Source of the DNA: an uncultured Pelagibacteraceae bacterium
GTDB lineage: Bacteria; Pseudomonadota; Alphaproteobacteria; Pelagibacterales; Pelagibacteraceae
Reading direction: 5' to 3'
DNA: 64,000 nucleotides
Assembly: GCA_902566785.1 (NCBI GenBank)
Contig: CACFKI010000004.1
Coordinates: forward strand, 705 to 64,704
A program made the translations under genes and the position numbers. Under the pieces are notes generated by a model that was not told the DNA's origin, made no database searches, and saw only the letters and a list, made by a program, of their open reading frames with translations. Of this stretch, positions 10,015-20,386 are shown in pieces (the stretch's first letter is position 1; every line of letters starts with the position of its first letter).

Positions 10015-10917
10015 TTGAGTAAAAGTTCAAATAGTCTTCTAGCTTTAGCTTTATTGTTTATTCAGCCTATTTTTATGGCAAGTTATCTAATAGTTGCAAG
10101 AGGAGCTGCAGAATATATACCTCCTATTTCATTAGCTTTTTGGAGATGGACTTTAGTATTTTTAATCCTATTAATATTTAATTTTTATATATTAAAAAAA
10201 AAATTTAAAATAATCAAAAAAGAATATTTAAAATTATTTTTTTTAGGTTCTATGGGTTGTGGTGTTTGTGGGGCTTTTCCTTTATTAGCAGGTAAAACAA
10301 CAACGATTGTAAATATGGGAATAATTTATACTTCTTCCCCTATATTTATAATTTTGATTTCATTTTTATTTTTTAATGAAAAAATTAATTCCTCAAAAGT
10401 TATTGGTCTATTAGCTTGTTTAATTGGAGTTTTTATTATTATTATTAAAGGGGACATTTCTCTCTTACTTAATTTTAAATTTATAATGGGAGATTTATGG
10501 ATGTTAGGTTCAGCAATTGGCTGGGCTCTTTATTCAATTTATCTTTTTTATTGGAAATCAGAATTATCAGTTTTTCCTAGATTTACTTTGATAGCATTTT
10601 TTGGTTCTATCAGCCTTCTTCCATTTTATATTTTAGAAGAAATTTTTTTTTTGAAAACAGATTTTAACACTCTTTTTTTCTTCTGGGTTTCTTTTGCTGC
10701 TATTTCACCAGGTATAATAGCATTTAGCTTATATACTTTAACTCAAAAGTATTTAGGAGCTTCAACAACTGGTTTTACCTTATATTTATTCACAGTTTAT
10801 GGAGCATTCTATGGTATATTTCTATTTCAAGAGAAATTAGAATTATTTCATTACATTGGCACTATTCTAGTATTTATCGGAATATTTCTAGTAAAGAAAA
10901 AAATTAAAAATGCCTAA
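10015..10917 (+). CDS. DMT/EamA family transporter
   Basis: About 10 TM segments, PPISLAFWRW, GDLWMLGSAIGWALYS; TTG start. Confidence 0.85.
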   Translation: MSKSSNSLLALALLFIQPIFMASYLIVARGAAEYIPPISLAFWRWTLVFLILLIFNFYILKKKFKIIKKEYLKLFFLGSMGCGVCGAFPLLAGKTTTIVNMGIIYTSSPIFIILISFLFFNEKINSSKVIGLLACLIGVFIIIIKGDISLLLNFKFIMGDLWMLGSAIGWALYSIYLFYWKSELSVFPRFTLIAFFGSISLLPFYILEEIFFLKTDFNTLFFFWVSFAAISPGIIAFSLYTLTQKYLGASTTGFTLYLFTVYGAFYGIFLFQEKLELFHYIGTILVFIGIFLVKKKIKNA

Positions 10918-11725
10918 AAGAATTAAAATGTTTTCAATTTTTTTAATAACATTAATATTAATATACTTTATTATTTCATTAATTCTTTTTTTCTCTCAAA
11001 GAAGCTTACTTTATCATCCTGTAGAAAATAATTATTTTGGTGACGATCTTGAAGTTAAAATTAAAAAAGTAAAAATTAATACTGAGGACAATCTCAATTT
11101 ATTAGCCTGGTTTCATATAAAAGATATTAAAAATTTTAAAACAATTTTATATTTTCATGGAAATGCTGGAGCTTTAGAAAATAGAATTCATAAAATTAAT
11201 AAGTTTAAAGATATGAATGTAAATTTTTTATTATTGGCGTGGAGAGGATTTAGTGGAAATCAGGGCAAGCCAACTGAACAAGGTCTGTATAAAGATGCAA
11301 GAGGAGCAATTAAATGGCTAAATGAAAAAGGAATTAAAAATGAAAATATAATTATTTATGGTGAGTCTTTAGGAACAGGAATTGCAACCGAAGTTGCTCA
11401 AAACAAAAATTTTGCAGGTATTATTTTAGAGTCTCCATTTACTTCAATGATAGATGCGGGAGCATCTAAATATCCAATATTTCCTATTAAACTACTTCTA
11501 AAAGATAAATATGAAAGTAACAAAAAAATTAAAAACATTAAATCACCGATATTAGTAATGCATGGTGAAGAAGATAAAATAGTGCCATTTTATATGGGTA
11601 AAAAGATTTTTGAATTGGCCAATGAACCAAAATATTCATATTTTCCAAAATATGACGATCATATGATGGAATTTAATCAAGAACTAATAAACGCAATTGA
11701 TAAATTTATCTCAAGTTTAAATTAA
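10910..11725 (+). CDS. Membrane-anchored alpha/beta hydrolase (BEM46/ABHD13-like)
   Basis: N-terminal TM, YFHGNAG, GESLG nucleophile, HGEED, C-terminal His. Confidence 0.85.
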   Translation: MPKRIKMFSIFLITLILIYFIISLILFFSQRSLLYHPVENNYFGDDLEVKIKKVKINTEDNLNLLAWFHIKDIKNFKTILYFHGNAGALENRIHKINKFKDMNVNFLLLAWRGFSGNQGKPTEQGLYKDARGAIKWLNEKGIKNENIIIYGESLGTGIATEVAQNKNFAGIILESPFTSMIDAGASKYPIFPIKLLLKDKYESNKKIKNIKSPILVMHGEEDKIVPFYMGKKIFELANEPKYSYFPKYDDHMMEFNQELINAIDKFISSLN

Positions 11726-11774
11726 GACACATTCTTAACAAATAGTCCTCTTAATTAAAATATATAAAAATATT

Positions 11775-12335
11775 GTGAGTAAATTTATAATATTTTTATC
11801 GATAATATTTATTTCTACCAATTTGTACGCAGAACCTAAAAACTTTTATAAAGAGGATTTCTTTTATATTGGACAAATGTCATCACATAACAACAAATTT
11901 ACACTTTATTTTAAAACTAGACCAAAAGCTGTTCTAGCAAAAGGAGAAGAATATAATTATATTACTGATTTCCCTCAAGACTTATATATTTACAATCATC
12001 ATGACAACACAGACGAGTCACTAATTTCATACGATTGGTTCCCATCTAGTGCAAAAAAAATAATTGAAAGTTACGACTTTCCAGTTTTCCCAGAGGATTT
12101 CGCTTATTATTTATTGAATGACAACAATACTCTTATAATGGTTAGTGCAATTAAAAATATAAATGTAAATTTAGTTTTTGATATATCTAGAAGAAATTTA
12201 AAGAAATATGATAAAAAAAATAAATTAGATTTTATAATTTCATCTATTGCAAAAAAATGTGGGTATTTTAACTTAAAAGAAACATATAATTGTAACTATT
12301 ACAAACCTTTAATTTCAAATAACTTAATTAACTAA
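11775..12335 (+). CDS. Hypothetical exported protein
   Basis: 186-aa ORF with GTG start and signal-peptide-like N-terminus (…NLYA/EP); no family recognised. Confidence 0.65.
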   Translation: MSKFIIFLSIIFISTNLYAEPKNFYKEDFFYIGQMSSHNNKFTLYFKTRPKAVLAKGEEYNYITDFPQDLYIYNHHDNTDESLISYDWFPSSAKKIIESYDFPVFPEDFAYYLLNDNNTLIMVSAIKNINVNLVFDISRRNLKKYDKKNKLDFIISSIAKKCGYFNLKETYNCNYYKPLISNNLIN

Positions 12336-13245
12336 TGTCAACAAAGGCCTCGGCAAACTTATCAGCATTAAATATTTGAAGATCATCCTCTTTTTCACCA
12401 AGCCCAAGAGCTACTATTGGAAGTTTATATTTTTTAGCTACCGCTATTAATATACCTCCTTTGGCAGTCCCATCTAATTTTGTCATAATCAGTCCTGTTA
12501 TTGGAATAATTTTATTAAATTCTTCTACTTGATTAATTACATTTTGACCAGATGTAGCATCTAAAATTAAAAGAACTTCGTGAGGTGCATCCGAATCCAT
12601 TTTCTTTGTTACATTTGCAATTTTTTTGTACTCATCCATTAAATTTTTTTTATTTTGTAATCTTCCAGCAGTGTCAATAAGTGCATGCGTATAATTGTTT
12701 TTAGATGCTTCTTCTAAAGTTTTGTAAGCTACAGATGCAGGATCTGCCCCTTGGGATGACTTAATAATTTCAACTCCAATTTTTTGTGCCCAATTTTCTA
12801 ATTGTTCTATAGCAGCTGCTCTAAATGTATCTGACGCAGAAAATATTACTTTATTGCCGTGAGATTTTAATATTTTTCCAATTTTACCAATTGTAGTTGT
12901 CTTTCCAACACCATTTACTCCTGAAATAAGGATTACGTTTAGATTATCCTTTTTTTTAAAAAAATTATCTTTCTCTAATGGTTTCATCAAATTTATTATA
13001 TATTTTTTTATAATTAAATTTATTTCATTTAATAAATCTTTTTTTGGATCAATTTTCTCACCTGAAATTTCATTTTTAATTTCTTCTGAAGCTGTTACTC
13101 CAACATCGGATTGAATTAAAAAATCTTCAATTTTATTTAAAGTGTTATCATCTATTTCCTTTTTAACTATTATATCTCTTAAACCAGAAGTTAATGATGT
13201 AGCACTTTTTTTAAAACCAATTTTAAATTTATCAAAGATGCTCAT
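12328..13245 (-). CDS. ftsY: Signal recognition particle receptor FtsY (short form, no acidic N-terminal domain)
   Basis: GVNGVGKTTT, DTFRAAA, DTAGR, TKLDGTAKGG. Confidence 0.97.
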   Translation of the reverse strand: MSIFDKFKIGFKKSATSLTSGLRDIIVKKEIDDNTLNKIEDFLIQSDVGVTASEEIKNEISGEKIDPKKDLLNEINLIIKKYIINLMKPLEKDNFFKKKDNLNVILISGVNGVGKTTTIGKIGKILKSHGNKVIFSASDTFRAAAIEQLENWAQKIGVEIIKSSQGADPASVAYKTLEEASKNNYTHALIDTAGRLQNKKNLMDEYKKIANVTKKMDSDAPHEVLLILDATSGQNVINQVEEFNKIIPITGLIMTKLDGTAKGGILIAVAKKYKLPIVALGLGEKEDDLQIFNADKFAEAFVDIS

Positions 13246-14063
13246 TATAATTTAATTATAATTTCTTTGATATCTGAAACTGGACCAGTCATAGATATCA
13301 ATTTATTATACTCAATATTTAAAAAACCTTCTTTGAAATGAATATTTATCTTATTATCAGTAAGTTTTTTTTCAAAGGCAGCCACTCCAGTTGCGCATGC
13401 AGCTGTACCACATGCTTTAGTTAAACCTGCACCTCTTTCCCATACATTAACTAAGATATTTGAAGAATCTTTAACTTGAGCAAAAGTAAGATTTATTTTC
13501 TCTGGGAATAAGTCATTGTTTTCAACTAATGGTCCAATTTTTTTAAGATCATATTTAAAACAATCCTCTACAAAAAAAATAATATGTGGATTACCAACAT
13601 TAAGTGCAAAACCGTCTTTTAATTCATTATCATCAATTTTGAGACTAATTTTTTTATGATCTATATTTTTTGATAAAGGTATCTTCCTCCAATCAAATTT
13701 TGGTTCTCCCATTTCCATCTTAATTTTTTTTTCAGCAATTTTTTGAGCTTTCAAAATTCTATTAGAAGTTACAATGATAGCGCTATCTTTATTCATTTCC
13801 TCACATAAGATTTTTGCAATACACCTACTGCCATTTCCACATGCTTCTACCTCATCTCCATCTGAGTTAAATATTGTTATAGGATTAAAATCAGGATTTA
13901 TTGGATCTATTTTATCAATAAATATTAGCTGATCAAATCCAATTCTATTTCTTTTACCTAAGTCAATAATTTTTTCTCTATCCAAAGAAATATTATTTTT
14001 TCTTCTGTCAATGATAACAAAATCATTTCCTAAACCATCCATTTTGTATGCTTTAAATTCCAT
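13245..14063 (-). CDS. dapF: Diaminopimelate epimerase
   Basis: GLGNDF, ACGNGSRC, GNPH, WERGAG.T.ACGT. Confidence 0.96.
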   Translation of the reverse strand: MEFKAYKMDGLGNDFVIIDRRKNNISLDREKIIDLGKRNRIGFDQLIFIDKIDPINPDFNPITIFNSDGDEVEACGNGSRCIAKILCEEMNKDSAIIVTSNRILKAQKIAEKKIKMEMGEPKFDWRKIPLSKNIDHKKISLKIDDNELKDGFALNVGNPHIIFFVEDCFKYDLKKIGPLVENNDLFPEKINLTFAQVKDSSNILVNVWERGAGLTKACGTAACATGVAAFEKKLTDNKINIHFKEGFLNIEYNKLISMTGPVSDIKEIIIKL

Positions 14064-14123
14064 ATATTTATACTTAACTTATTTATTGACTTTTTGAACC
14101 TCTATTATAGTTTATCGCAGTTT

Positions 14124-14210
14124 CCGCAAAAATAAGCTATTTGCGGTGTCTTTGGTAACAAAGAGATCGACACCAGTCAGCGAGGGTTCGCCCACTGGTG
14201 CGCTTGCTGT
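14124..14210 (+). ncRNA. ffh leader RNA motif (pseudoknotted cis-regulatory element)
   Basis: GC-rich island in an AT-rich gap just upstream of ffh; stem CACCAGT(14171-77)/ACTGGTG(14194-200), inner GGG-TTCG-CCC hairpin, CAGCGA(14178-83) pairs with TTGCTG(14204-09); matches my recollection of the ffh motif described in Pelagibacter and other alphaproteobacteria. Confidence 0.8.
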
Positions 14211-14222
14211 TGGATAAAAAAT

Positions 14223-15581
14223 ATGTTTGAAAATTTAACAAATAAGTTTGAAGAAGTATTTTCTTCATTAAAAAAATCACCTTCACTTGATGAAAAGCAA
14301 GTTGATGAAGGGCTAAGAGGAATCAGACAGGCTTTATTGGAGGCAGATGTAACTTTAGAAGTTGCTAAGCAATTTATTGAAAATGTAAAGCCTAAGGCTC
14401 TTGGAACTGAGATAATCAGATCTACATCGCCAGGACAAATGGTTGTAAAAGTAGTCTATGATGAGCTTGTAAAATTATTAGGTGAAAAAAATGAAGAAAT
14501 AAATTTAAATGCAGTACCACCAGTTCCAATGATGTTAGTAGGTCTTCAAGGATCTGGAAAAACAACTACTACAGCAAAATTAGCAAAATTTTTAGAAAAT
14601 AATAAAAAAAAAAAGATCATGATGGTGAGTCTTGATGTTTATAGACCCGCTGCACAAGAACAACTCAAGTCCCTTGGTGAAAAAAATAATATTCTTACAC
14701 TTCCAATAATTGAAGGTCAGTTGCCAGTTGATATTTGTAGAAGGGCTCTAAGTGCAGCAAACTTAAACGGAGCAGATATTATTTTATTTGATACAGCTGG
14801 AAGGACACAGATTGATTTGCAAATGATGAGTGAAATAAAACAAATTGAAAGCATTATAAATCCTACAGAAACATTTTTAGTTGCAGACTCTTTAACTGGT
14901 CAAGTAGCTGCCGATGTTGCAAAAGAATTCAAAAATACAGTTAATCTCACTGGTATAATTTTAACCAGAGCAGATGGAGATGCAAGAGGTGGAGCAGCAG
15001 TAAGTATGAAATATGTATCAAATGTTCCAATTAAATTTTTAGGAGTTGGAGAAAAGACAGAAAATTTTGAGGTCTTTCATCCTGATAGAATTGCTAACAG
15101 AATACTTGGTATGGGCGATGTTGTATCTCTTGTAGAGAAAGCAACTCAAGACTTAAGTGATGAAAATATAAAAAAAACTGAAGAAAATTTAAAAAAAGGA
15201 AATTTCTCGATGAATGACTACCTATCACAATTGCGACAGATGAAAAAAATGGGAGGTATAGAGGGTATCATGTCATTAATGCCTGGAGTATCAAAAGTAA
15301 AAAAACAAATGGATCAAGCTGGAATAGATGAATCTATAATATCACAAAATGAAGCGATTATATTATCAATGACAAAAAAAGAGAGAGAAAATCCAAAAAT
15401 AATAGATGGTTCTAGAAGAAAAAGAATTGCTAATGGCTCTGGTACTGATGTAGCCACTATCAATAAATTGTTAAAACAATTTAAAATGATGTCTGACATG
15501 ATGAAAAAAATGTCAAAGGGAAACTTGAAAGGTATGGCTGATAAAGGAATACCTCCAGAGCTTTTTAATCAATTAAAATAA
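14223..15581 (+). CDS. ffh: Signal recognition particle protein Ffh
   Basis: ALLEADV, GLQGSGKTTT, DTAGR, RILGMGD, Met-rich M domain. Confidence 0.98.
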   Translation: MFENLTNKFEEVFSSLKKSPSLDEKQVDEGLRGIRQALLEADVTLEVAKQFIENVKPKALGTEIIRSTSPGQMVVKVVYDELVKLLGEKNEEINLNAVPPVPMMLVGLQGSGKTTTTAKLAKFLENNKKKKIMMVSLDVYRPAAQEQLKSLGEKNNILTLPIIEGQLPVDICRRALSAANLNGADIILFDTAGRTQIDLQMMSEIKQIESIINPTETFLVADSLTGQVAADVAKEFKNTVNLTGIILTRADGDARGGAAVSMKYVSNVPIKFLGVGEKTENFEVFHPDRIANRILGMGDVVSLVEKATQDLSDENIKKTEENLKKGNFSMNDYLSQLRQMKKMGGIEGIMSLMPGVSKVKKQMDQAGIDESIISQNEAIILSMTKKERENPKIIDGSRRKRIANGSGTDVATINKLLKQFKMMSDMMKKMSKGNLKGMADKGIPPELFNQLK

Positions 15582-15595
15582 ACAAAGGAGAATAA

Positions 15596-15994
15596 ATGTT
15601 AAAGTTAAGATTATCTATGGGCGGTACAAAAAAAAGACCTGTATATAAAATTGTTGTTGCAGATAGTAGATTTGCAAGAGATGGGAGGTTTATAGAAAAA
15701 TTAGGATTTTATAACCCTCTATTACCTAAGGAAAAAGAGGACAGAATAGGTTTACAATTAGATAGAGTTAAGTATTGGCTTAGCCAAGGTGCTCAACCAA
15801 CAACAAGAGTTGCGAGAATTTTGGGAGAAAAACAGATTATAGAAATGCCTAAGCAAGGAAACAATCCTCAAAAAGCAATTCCAAAAAAAGATAGAAAAAA
15901 AGATACTGAAGAAAAAGCTGAGGCTCCAAAAGCAGAAGAGAAAAAAGCTGAGGCTCCAAAAGCAGAAGAGAAAAAAGCTGAGGAGAAAAAATAA
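15596..15994 (+). CDS. rpsP: 30S ribosomal protein S16 with repetitive C-terminal tail
   Basis: LKLRL..GG.KKRPVY.IVVADSR..RDGRFIE.LG.YNP; AAGGAG SD. Confidence 0.97.
   Translation: MLKLRLSMGGTKKRPVYKIVVADSRFARDGRFIEKLGFYNPLLPKEKEDRIGLQLDRVKYWLSQGAQPTTRVARILGEKQIIEMPKQGNNPQKAIPKKDRKKDTEEKAEAPKAEEKKAEAPKAEEKKAEEKK
15912..15983 (+). repeat. Exact 30-bp in-frame tandem repeat (about 2.4 copies) in the rpsP tail
   Basis: Unit AAAAAGCTGAGGCTCCAAAAGCAGAAGAGA at 15912 and 15942, partial at 15972; encodes [10 protein letters not shown]. Confidence 0.9.
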
Positions 15995-16001
15995 ATAGAC
16001 T

Positions 16002-16688
16002 ATGTTTGTTGCAAGAATATTTACTTTGTATCCTGAATTTTTTCCTGGCCCATTAGCAAAAGGCTTGTATGGAAAAGCTTTAGTTGAAAAAATTTGGAAA
16101 TTAGAAACAGTGAATATTAGAGATTATGCGGAAGATAAACATAAAACTGTAGACGATACAACTTATGGCGGTGGTTCAGGTATGTTAATGAAACCTGATG
16201 TACTTGCTAAATCATTAGATCAAAATATAAAATCTTCAGAAAAAATAATTTATTTGTCTCCTAAAGGTAAATTATTTAATCAAAATCTCGCTAAAAAGTT
16301 ATCAAAAGAAAAAACACTAAATTTAATATGTGGACACTTTGAGGGTATTGATGAGAGAGTTATAAATAGCAGGAATATTGAAGAGGTTAGTATTGGTGAT
16401 TTTGTTTTATCTGGAGGAGAAAGCGCTGCTATAGTTTTATTAGACTCTGTATTAAGGTTATTGCCAAAAGTTCTTGGCAATGAGCTTTCTAACAAAGAGG
16501 AAAGTTTTGAAAATGGTCTTTTAGAGTACCCACAGTATACCAAACCTCAAATTTGGGAGGAAAAACCAGTACCAAATGTGCTATTATCAGGGGATCATGC
16601 GAAAATTAAAGACTGGCGTTTATCTCAATCAGAGGCTATAACACGCGACCGAAGACCAGATTTGTGGCAAAAATATAAAAAGAATTAA
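16002..16688 (+). CDS. trmD: tRNA (guanine37-N1)-methyltransferase
   Basis: [40 protein letters not shown]. Confidence 0.97.
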   Translation: MFVARIFTLYPEFFPGPLAKGLYGKALVEKIWKLETVNIRDYAEDKHKTVDDTTYGGGSGMLMKPDVLAKSLDQNIKSSEKIIYLSPKGKLFNQNLAKKLSKEKTLNLICGHFEGIDERVINSRNIEEVSIGDFVLSGGESAAIVLLDSVLRLLPKVLGNELSNKEESFENGLLEYPQYTKPQIWEEKPVPNVLLSGDHAKIKDWRLSQSEAITRDRRPDLWQKYKKN

Positions 16689-16704
16689 CTTGATAAATTT
16701 ACAA

Positions 16705-17241
16705 ATGAAAACAATTGAAGAAATAAATGCAGCTCATGTAAAAAAAATATCTGCAGAAAAAAAACTTCCAGATTTTTTTCCAGGAGATATTGTCAAAGTT
16801 GGAGTAAAAATTACCGAAGGTAAAAGGGATAGAATTCAGTATTTTGAGGGTGTTTGCATCGCAAAAAAAAATAGAGATATCAATTCATCTTTTACAGTGA
16901 GAAAAATATCATTTGGAGAAGGTGTTGAAAGAACATTTGCTTTATTCAGTCCAATAGTAGACTCTATTAAAGTTATCAGATCTGGAAAAGTAAGAAGAGC
17001 AAAGCTTTATTATTTAAGAGATAGAACAGGAAAGTCTGCAAGAATTACAGAAAAAATTAAAAAGAAGATAGGTATTGATGTAGAAACCAAACCAGAGGAA
17101 GTTAGCGAGGAAACTTTAGCACCATCTTTAGAGGTAAAATCTGAAAATGTAACTTCAAGTAAAGACACTGAAAAAGATAATAAAAAACCTGAAACTAAAA
17201 AAGAAGATACACAGAAAGATACCCCTAAAGAAAAAAGATAA
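16705..17241 (+). CDS. rplS: 50S ribosomal protein L19 with long charged C-terminal extension
   Basis: [35 protein letters not shown]; ATG 16705 preferred over TTG 16690. Confidence 0.96.
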   Translation: MKTIEEINAAHVKKISAEKKLPDFFPGDIVKVGVKITEGKRDRIQYFEGVCIAKKNRDINSSFTVRKISFGEGVERTFALFSPIVDSIKVIRSGKVRRAKLYYLRDRTGKSARITEKIKKKIGIDVETKPEEVSEETLAPSLEVKSENVTSSKDTEKDNKKPETKKEDTQKDTPKEKR

Positions 17242-17252
17242 TTTTTTTCTAA

Positions 17253-18656
17253 ATGCCATTAACTTTATACGATAAAATATGGAATGATCATCTTGTCCAC
17301 CAACAAGAAGATGGTACTTCATTACTTTTTGTAGATAGACATTTAATACATGAAGTTACAAGTCCACAAGCATTTGAAGGTTTGAGAAGTTCTAATAGAA
17401 AAGTAAGACAACCAAATTTAACATTAGCTGTTGCAGATCATAATGTACCTACTACTGACAGGACAAAAGGAATTTCAGATGAAGAATCTAAGTTACAGGT
17501 AGACACTCTTGAAAAGAATTGTAAAGAGTTTGGAATAAAGCTATTTGGTATGGATGATAAGAGACAGGGTATAGTTCATATCATTGGTCCTGAACAAGGA
17601 TTTACTCAACCTGGCACAATCATAGTTTGTGGAGATAGCCATACAGCTACTCATGGCGCTTTTGGATCTTTGGCATTTGGAATTGGAACATCTGAAGTTG
17701 AACATGTACTTGCCACACAAACTCTAGTTCAAAAAAAATCAAAAAATTTCAGAATAAATGTAAACGGCAAACTTCCTTTAGGAGTTACATCTAAAGATGT
17801 AATATTACAAATAATAGGAAAAATAGGAACAGCTGGTGGAACTGGTTATGTAATTGAATATGCTGGAGACTTGATTTCATCTTTAACTGTTGAGAATAGA
17901 ATGACCATTTGTAATATGACAATTGAAGGAGGAGCTAGAGCTGGTTTAATCCAACCTGATGAAAAGGTTTTTGAATATCTTAAAAATAAACCAATGTCAC
18001 CAAAAAATGAAAATTGGGACAAAGCTTTAGAATATTGGGAAACCCTAAAATCTGACCATGGATCTAAATTTGATAAAGAAATTAATCTTGAGGGAAACGA
18101 TATAAAACCAATGGTAACTTGGGGAACATCACCTCAAGATGTAATTACTATAGATGGTAAAGTTCCTAATCCAAAAAATGAAAAAGATCCTGATAAAAAA
18201 AATTCAATAGAAAGATCATTAAAATATATGGGTTTAAATCCTGATATAAATGCAAAAGATATTAAAATTGATAAAGTTTTTATTGGAAGTTGTACAAATG
18301 GAAGAATTGAGGACTTAAGAGAAGCTGCAGAAATATTAAAAGATAAGAAAATAGCAAATCATGTAGACGCAATGGTTGTTCCTGGATCAGGTTTAGTTAA
18401 ACAGCAAGCAGAGCAAGAAGGTTTAGATAAAATTTTTATAAATTCTGGATTTGAGTGGAGAGAACCAGGTTGTTCAATGTGTCTAGCTATGAATGCTGAT
18501 AAATTAAAACCTGGTGAAAGATGTGCTTCAACATCCAACAGAAACTTTGAAGGAAGACAAGGAAGAGGTGGAAGAACGCATTTAGTAAGTCCAGGAATGG
18601 CAGCCGCAGCAGCAATTTCTGGTAATTTAGATGATGTAAGAAAGTATCAGATTTAA
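17253..18656 (+). CDS. leuC: 3-isopropylmalate dehydratase large subunit
   Basis: [38 protein letters not shown]. Confidence 0.98.
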   Translation: MPLTLYDKIWNDHLVHQQEDGTSLLFVDRHLIHEVTSPQAFEGLRSSNRKVRQPNLTLAVADHNVPTTDRTKGISDEESKLQVDTLEKNCKEFGIKLFGMDDKRQGIVHIIGPEQGFTQPGTIIVCGDSHTATHGAFGSLAFGIGTSEVEHVLATQTLVQKKSKNFRINVNGKLPLGVTSKDVILQIIGKIGTAGGTGYVIEYAGDLISSLTVENRMTICNMTIEGGARAGLIQPDEKVFEYLKNKPMSPKNENWDKALEYWETLKSDHGSKFDKEINLEGNDIKPMVTWGTSPQDVITIDGKVPNPKNEKDPDKKNSIERSLKYMGLNPDINAKDIKIDKVFIGSCTNGRIEDLREAAEILKDKKIANHVDAMVVPGSGLVKQQAEQEGLDKIFINSGFEWREPGCSMCLAMNADKLKPGERCASTSNRNFEGRQGRGGRTHLVSPGMAAAAAISGNLDDVRKYQI

Positions 18657-19261
18657 TGCAAAAATTTAATAAAGTAAAAAGTATCCCTGCATATTTACCA
18701 ATAGTAAATATTGATACTGATATGTTAATTCCAAAACAGTTTTTAAAGACAATAAAAAGAACTGGGTTAGGAAAAAATTTATTTCATGAAATGAGATATG
18801 ACGAAAAAGGCATAGAAATTGATCAATTTATTTTAAACAAAGCTCCTTATAATAAATCTAAAATTTTAATTGCAGGAAAAAATTTTGGATGTGGATCATC
18901 TAGAGAGCATGCGCCTTGGGCCTTATTAGATTTTGGTATTACTTGTGTAATTAGTTCAAGTTATGCTGATATTTTTTATAACAACTGTTTTAAAAATGGA
19001 ATTTTACCAATCGTTATAGATGAAGAACAAATTAAACAAATTTCAGAATATTCCTTAAGAAAAGAAGAAATAGAAGTTGACTTAGTTAATGAAAAAATAA
19101 AATTTGGAAATAACGAAATTGGATTTGAGATTGATCCTTTTAAAAAAAAATGTTTGTTGGAGGGATTAGATGATATTGCATTATCATTAGAGAAAACTGA
19201 TAAAATTTTATCTTTTGAAAAAAAATTGAAAGATTCAAAACCATGGATATTTAATGATTAA
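18656..19261 (+). CDS. leuD: 3-isopropylmalate dehydratase small subunit
   Basis: [27 protein letters not shown]. Confidence 0.98.
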   Translation: MQKFNKVKSIPAYLPIVNIDTDMLIPKQFLKTIKRTGLGKNLFHEMRYDEKGIEIDQFILNKAPYNKSKILIAGKNFGCGSSREHAPWALLDFGITCVISSSYADIFYNNCFKNGILPIVIDEEQIKQISEYSLRKEEIEVDLVNEKIKFGNNEIGFEIDPFKKKCLLEGLDDIALSLEKTDKILSFEKKLKDSKPWIFND

Positions 19262-20360
19262 AGTAAAAAAAAGAAAATTTTTACTTTTACCTGGAGATGG
19301 TATTGGTCCCGAAGTTATTAGTGAAGTAAAAAAAATAATTAATTGGTTCAATGTAAAAAAATCTTTAGATTTCGAAATAGATGAAGATTTAGCTGGTGGA
19401 GTATCATATGATAAACATGGAACACCTATAACTGATGAAGTTTTCTATAAAGCTTTAGAATGTGAAGCAGTAATATTAGGTGCTGTTGGTGGACCAAAGT
19501 GGGATAACGTAGAGTTTTCAAAAAAACCTGAAAGAGCTCTACTAAAATTAAGAAAAGAACTAAAACTATTTGCAAATTTAAGACCAGCAATATGTTTTAA
19601 ACAGTTAGTAGATGCTTCAACTCTTAAACCTGAAGTAGTTTCAGGTCTTGATATCATGATTGTTAGAGAGTTGACCGGTGGTATATATTTTGGTGAACCA
19701 AGAGGAATTAAACCAATAGACAATGGTGAAAGAAAAGGAATTAATACTCATACATATACTTCAAGCGAGATAAGACGGGTAGCTAAAGTAGCTTTTGATC
19801 TTGCAAAAAAAAGACAAAATAAAGTTACCTCATGTGAAAAATCTAATGTAATGGAAGCAGGATTACTCTGGAGGGAAGAGGTACAAGAATTACATGACAA
19901 AGAATATAAGGACGTAGAGTTAGATCATATGTTAGCTGATAATTGTTCAATGCAGCTTCTTAGAAATCCAAAACAATTTGATGTAATTGTTACCGATAAT
20001 TTGTTTGGTGACATGCTTTCTGATCAAGCATCAATGTTAACAGGATCTTTAGGATTATTACCATCAGCATCTTTAGGTGCAAAAAATAAAGATGGTAAAA
20101 TGAGAGCAATGTATGAACCAATACATGGTTCAGCCCCAGATATTGCAGGCAAAGGTATTGCAAATCCAATTGCTTCAATATTGAGTTTTGCTATGGCGCT
20201 TAAATATTCTTTAAACCTCGATAAAGAAGCAAATTCTTTAGAAAAAGCTGTTCAGGATGTTTTAGACGATGGTCTTAGAACTAAAGATATTATTTCTAAA
20301 GGAACAAAAGAAGTATCAACATCTCAAATGGGTGATGCGATAATTTCAAAATTGCAATAA
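19254..20360 (+). CDS. leuB: 3-isopropylmalate dehydrogenase
   Basis: [33 protein letters not shown]. Confidence 0.98.
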   Translation: MIKVKKRKFLLLPGDGIGPEVISEVKKIINWFNVKKSLDFEIDEDLAGGVSYDKHGTPITDEVFYKALECEAVILGAVGGPKWDNVEFSKKPERALLKLRKELKLFANLRPAICFKQLVDASTLKPEVVSGLDIMIVRELTGGIYFGEPRGIKPIDNGERKGINTHTYTSSEIRRVAKVAFDLAKKRQNKVTSCEKSNVMEAGLLWREEVQELHDKEYKDVELDHMLADNCSMQLLRNPKQFDVIVTDNLFGDMLSDQASMLTGSLGLLPSASLGAKNKDGKMRAMYEPIHGSAPDIAGKGIANPIASILSFAMALKYSLNLDKEANSLEKAVQDVLDDGLRTKDIISKGTKEVSTSQMGDAIISKLQ

Positions 20361-20386
20361 TCTAACATTTATTCTAAAGTTTAATA

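Noticed and set aside
13878-13910. Short DPINPDFNPI duplication-like insert in DapF
   Set aside because: Too short and degenerate to distinguish from ordinary loop variation; catalytic cysteines are intact.
14117-14215. GC-rich RNA upstream of ffh as the SRP (4.5S) RNA or a tRNA
   Set aside because: No SRP domain IV signature or cloverleaf; structure and position fit the ffh leader motif.
15912-15983. 30-bp direct repeats as a mini CRISPR array
   Set aside because: The repeats are contiguous with no spacers, in frame within rpsP, and there are no cas genes.
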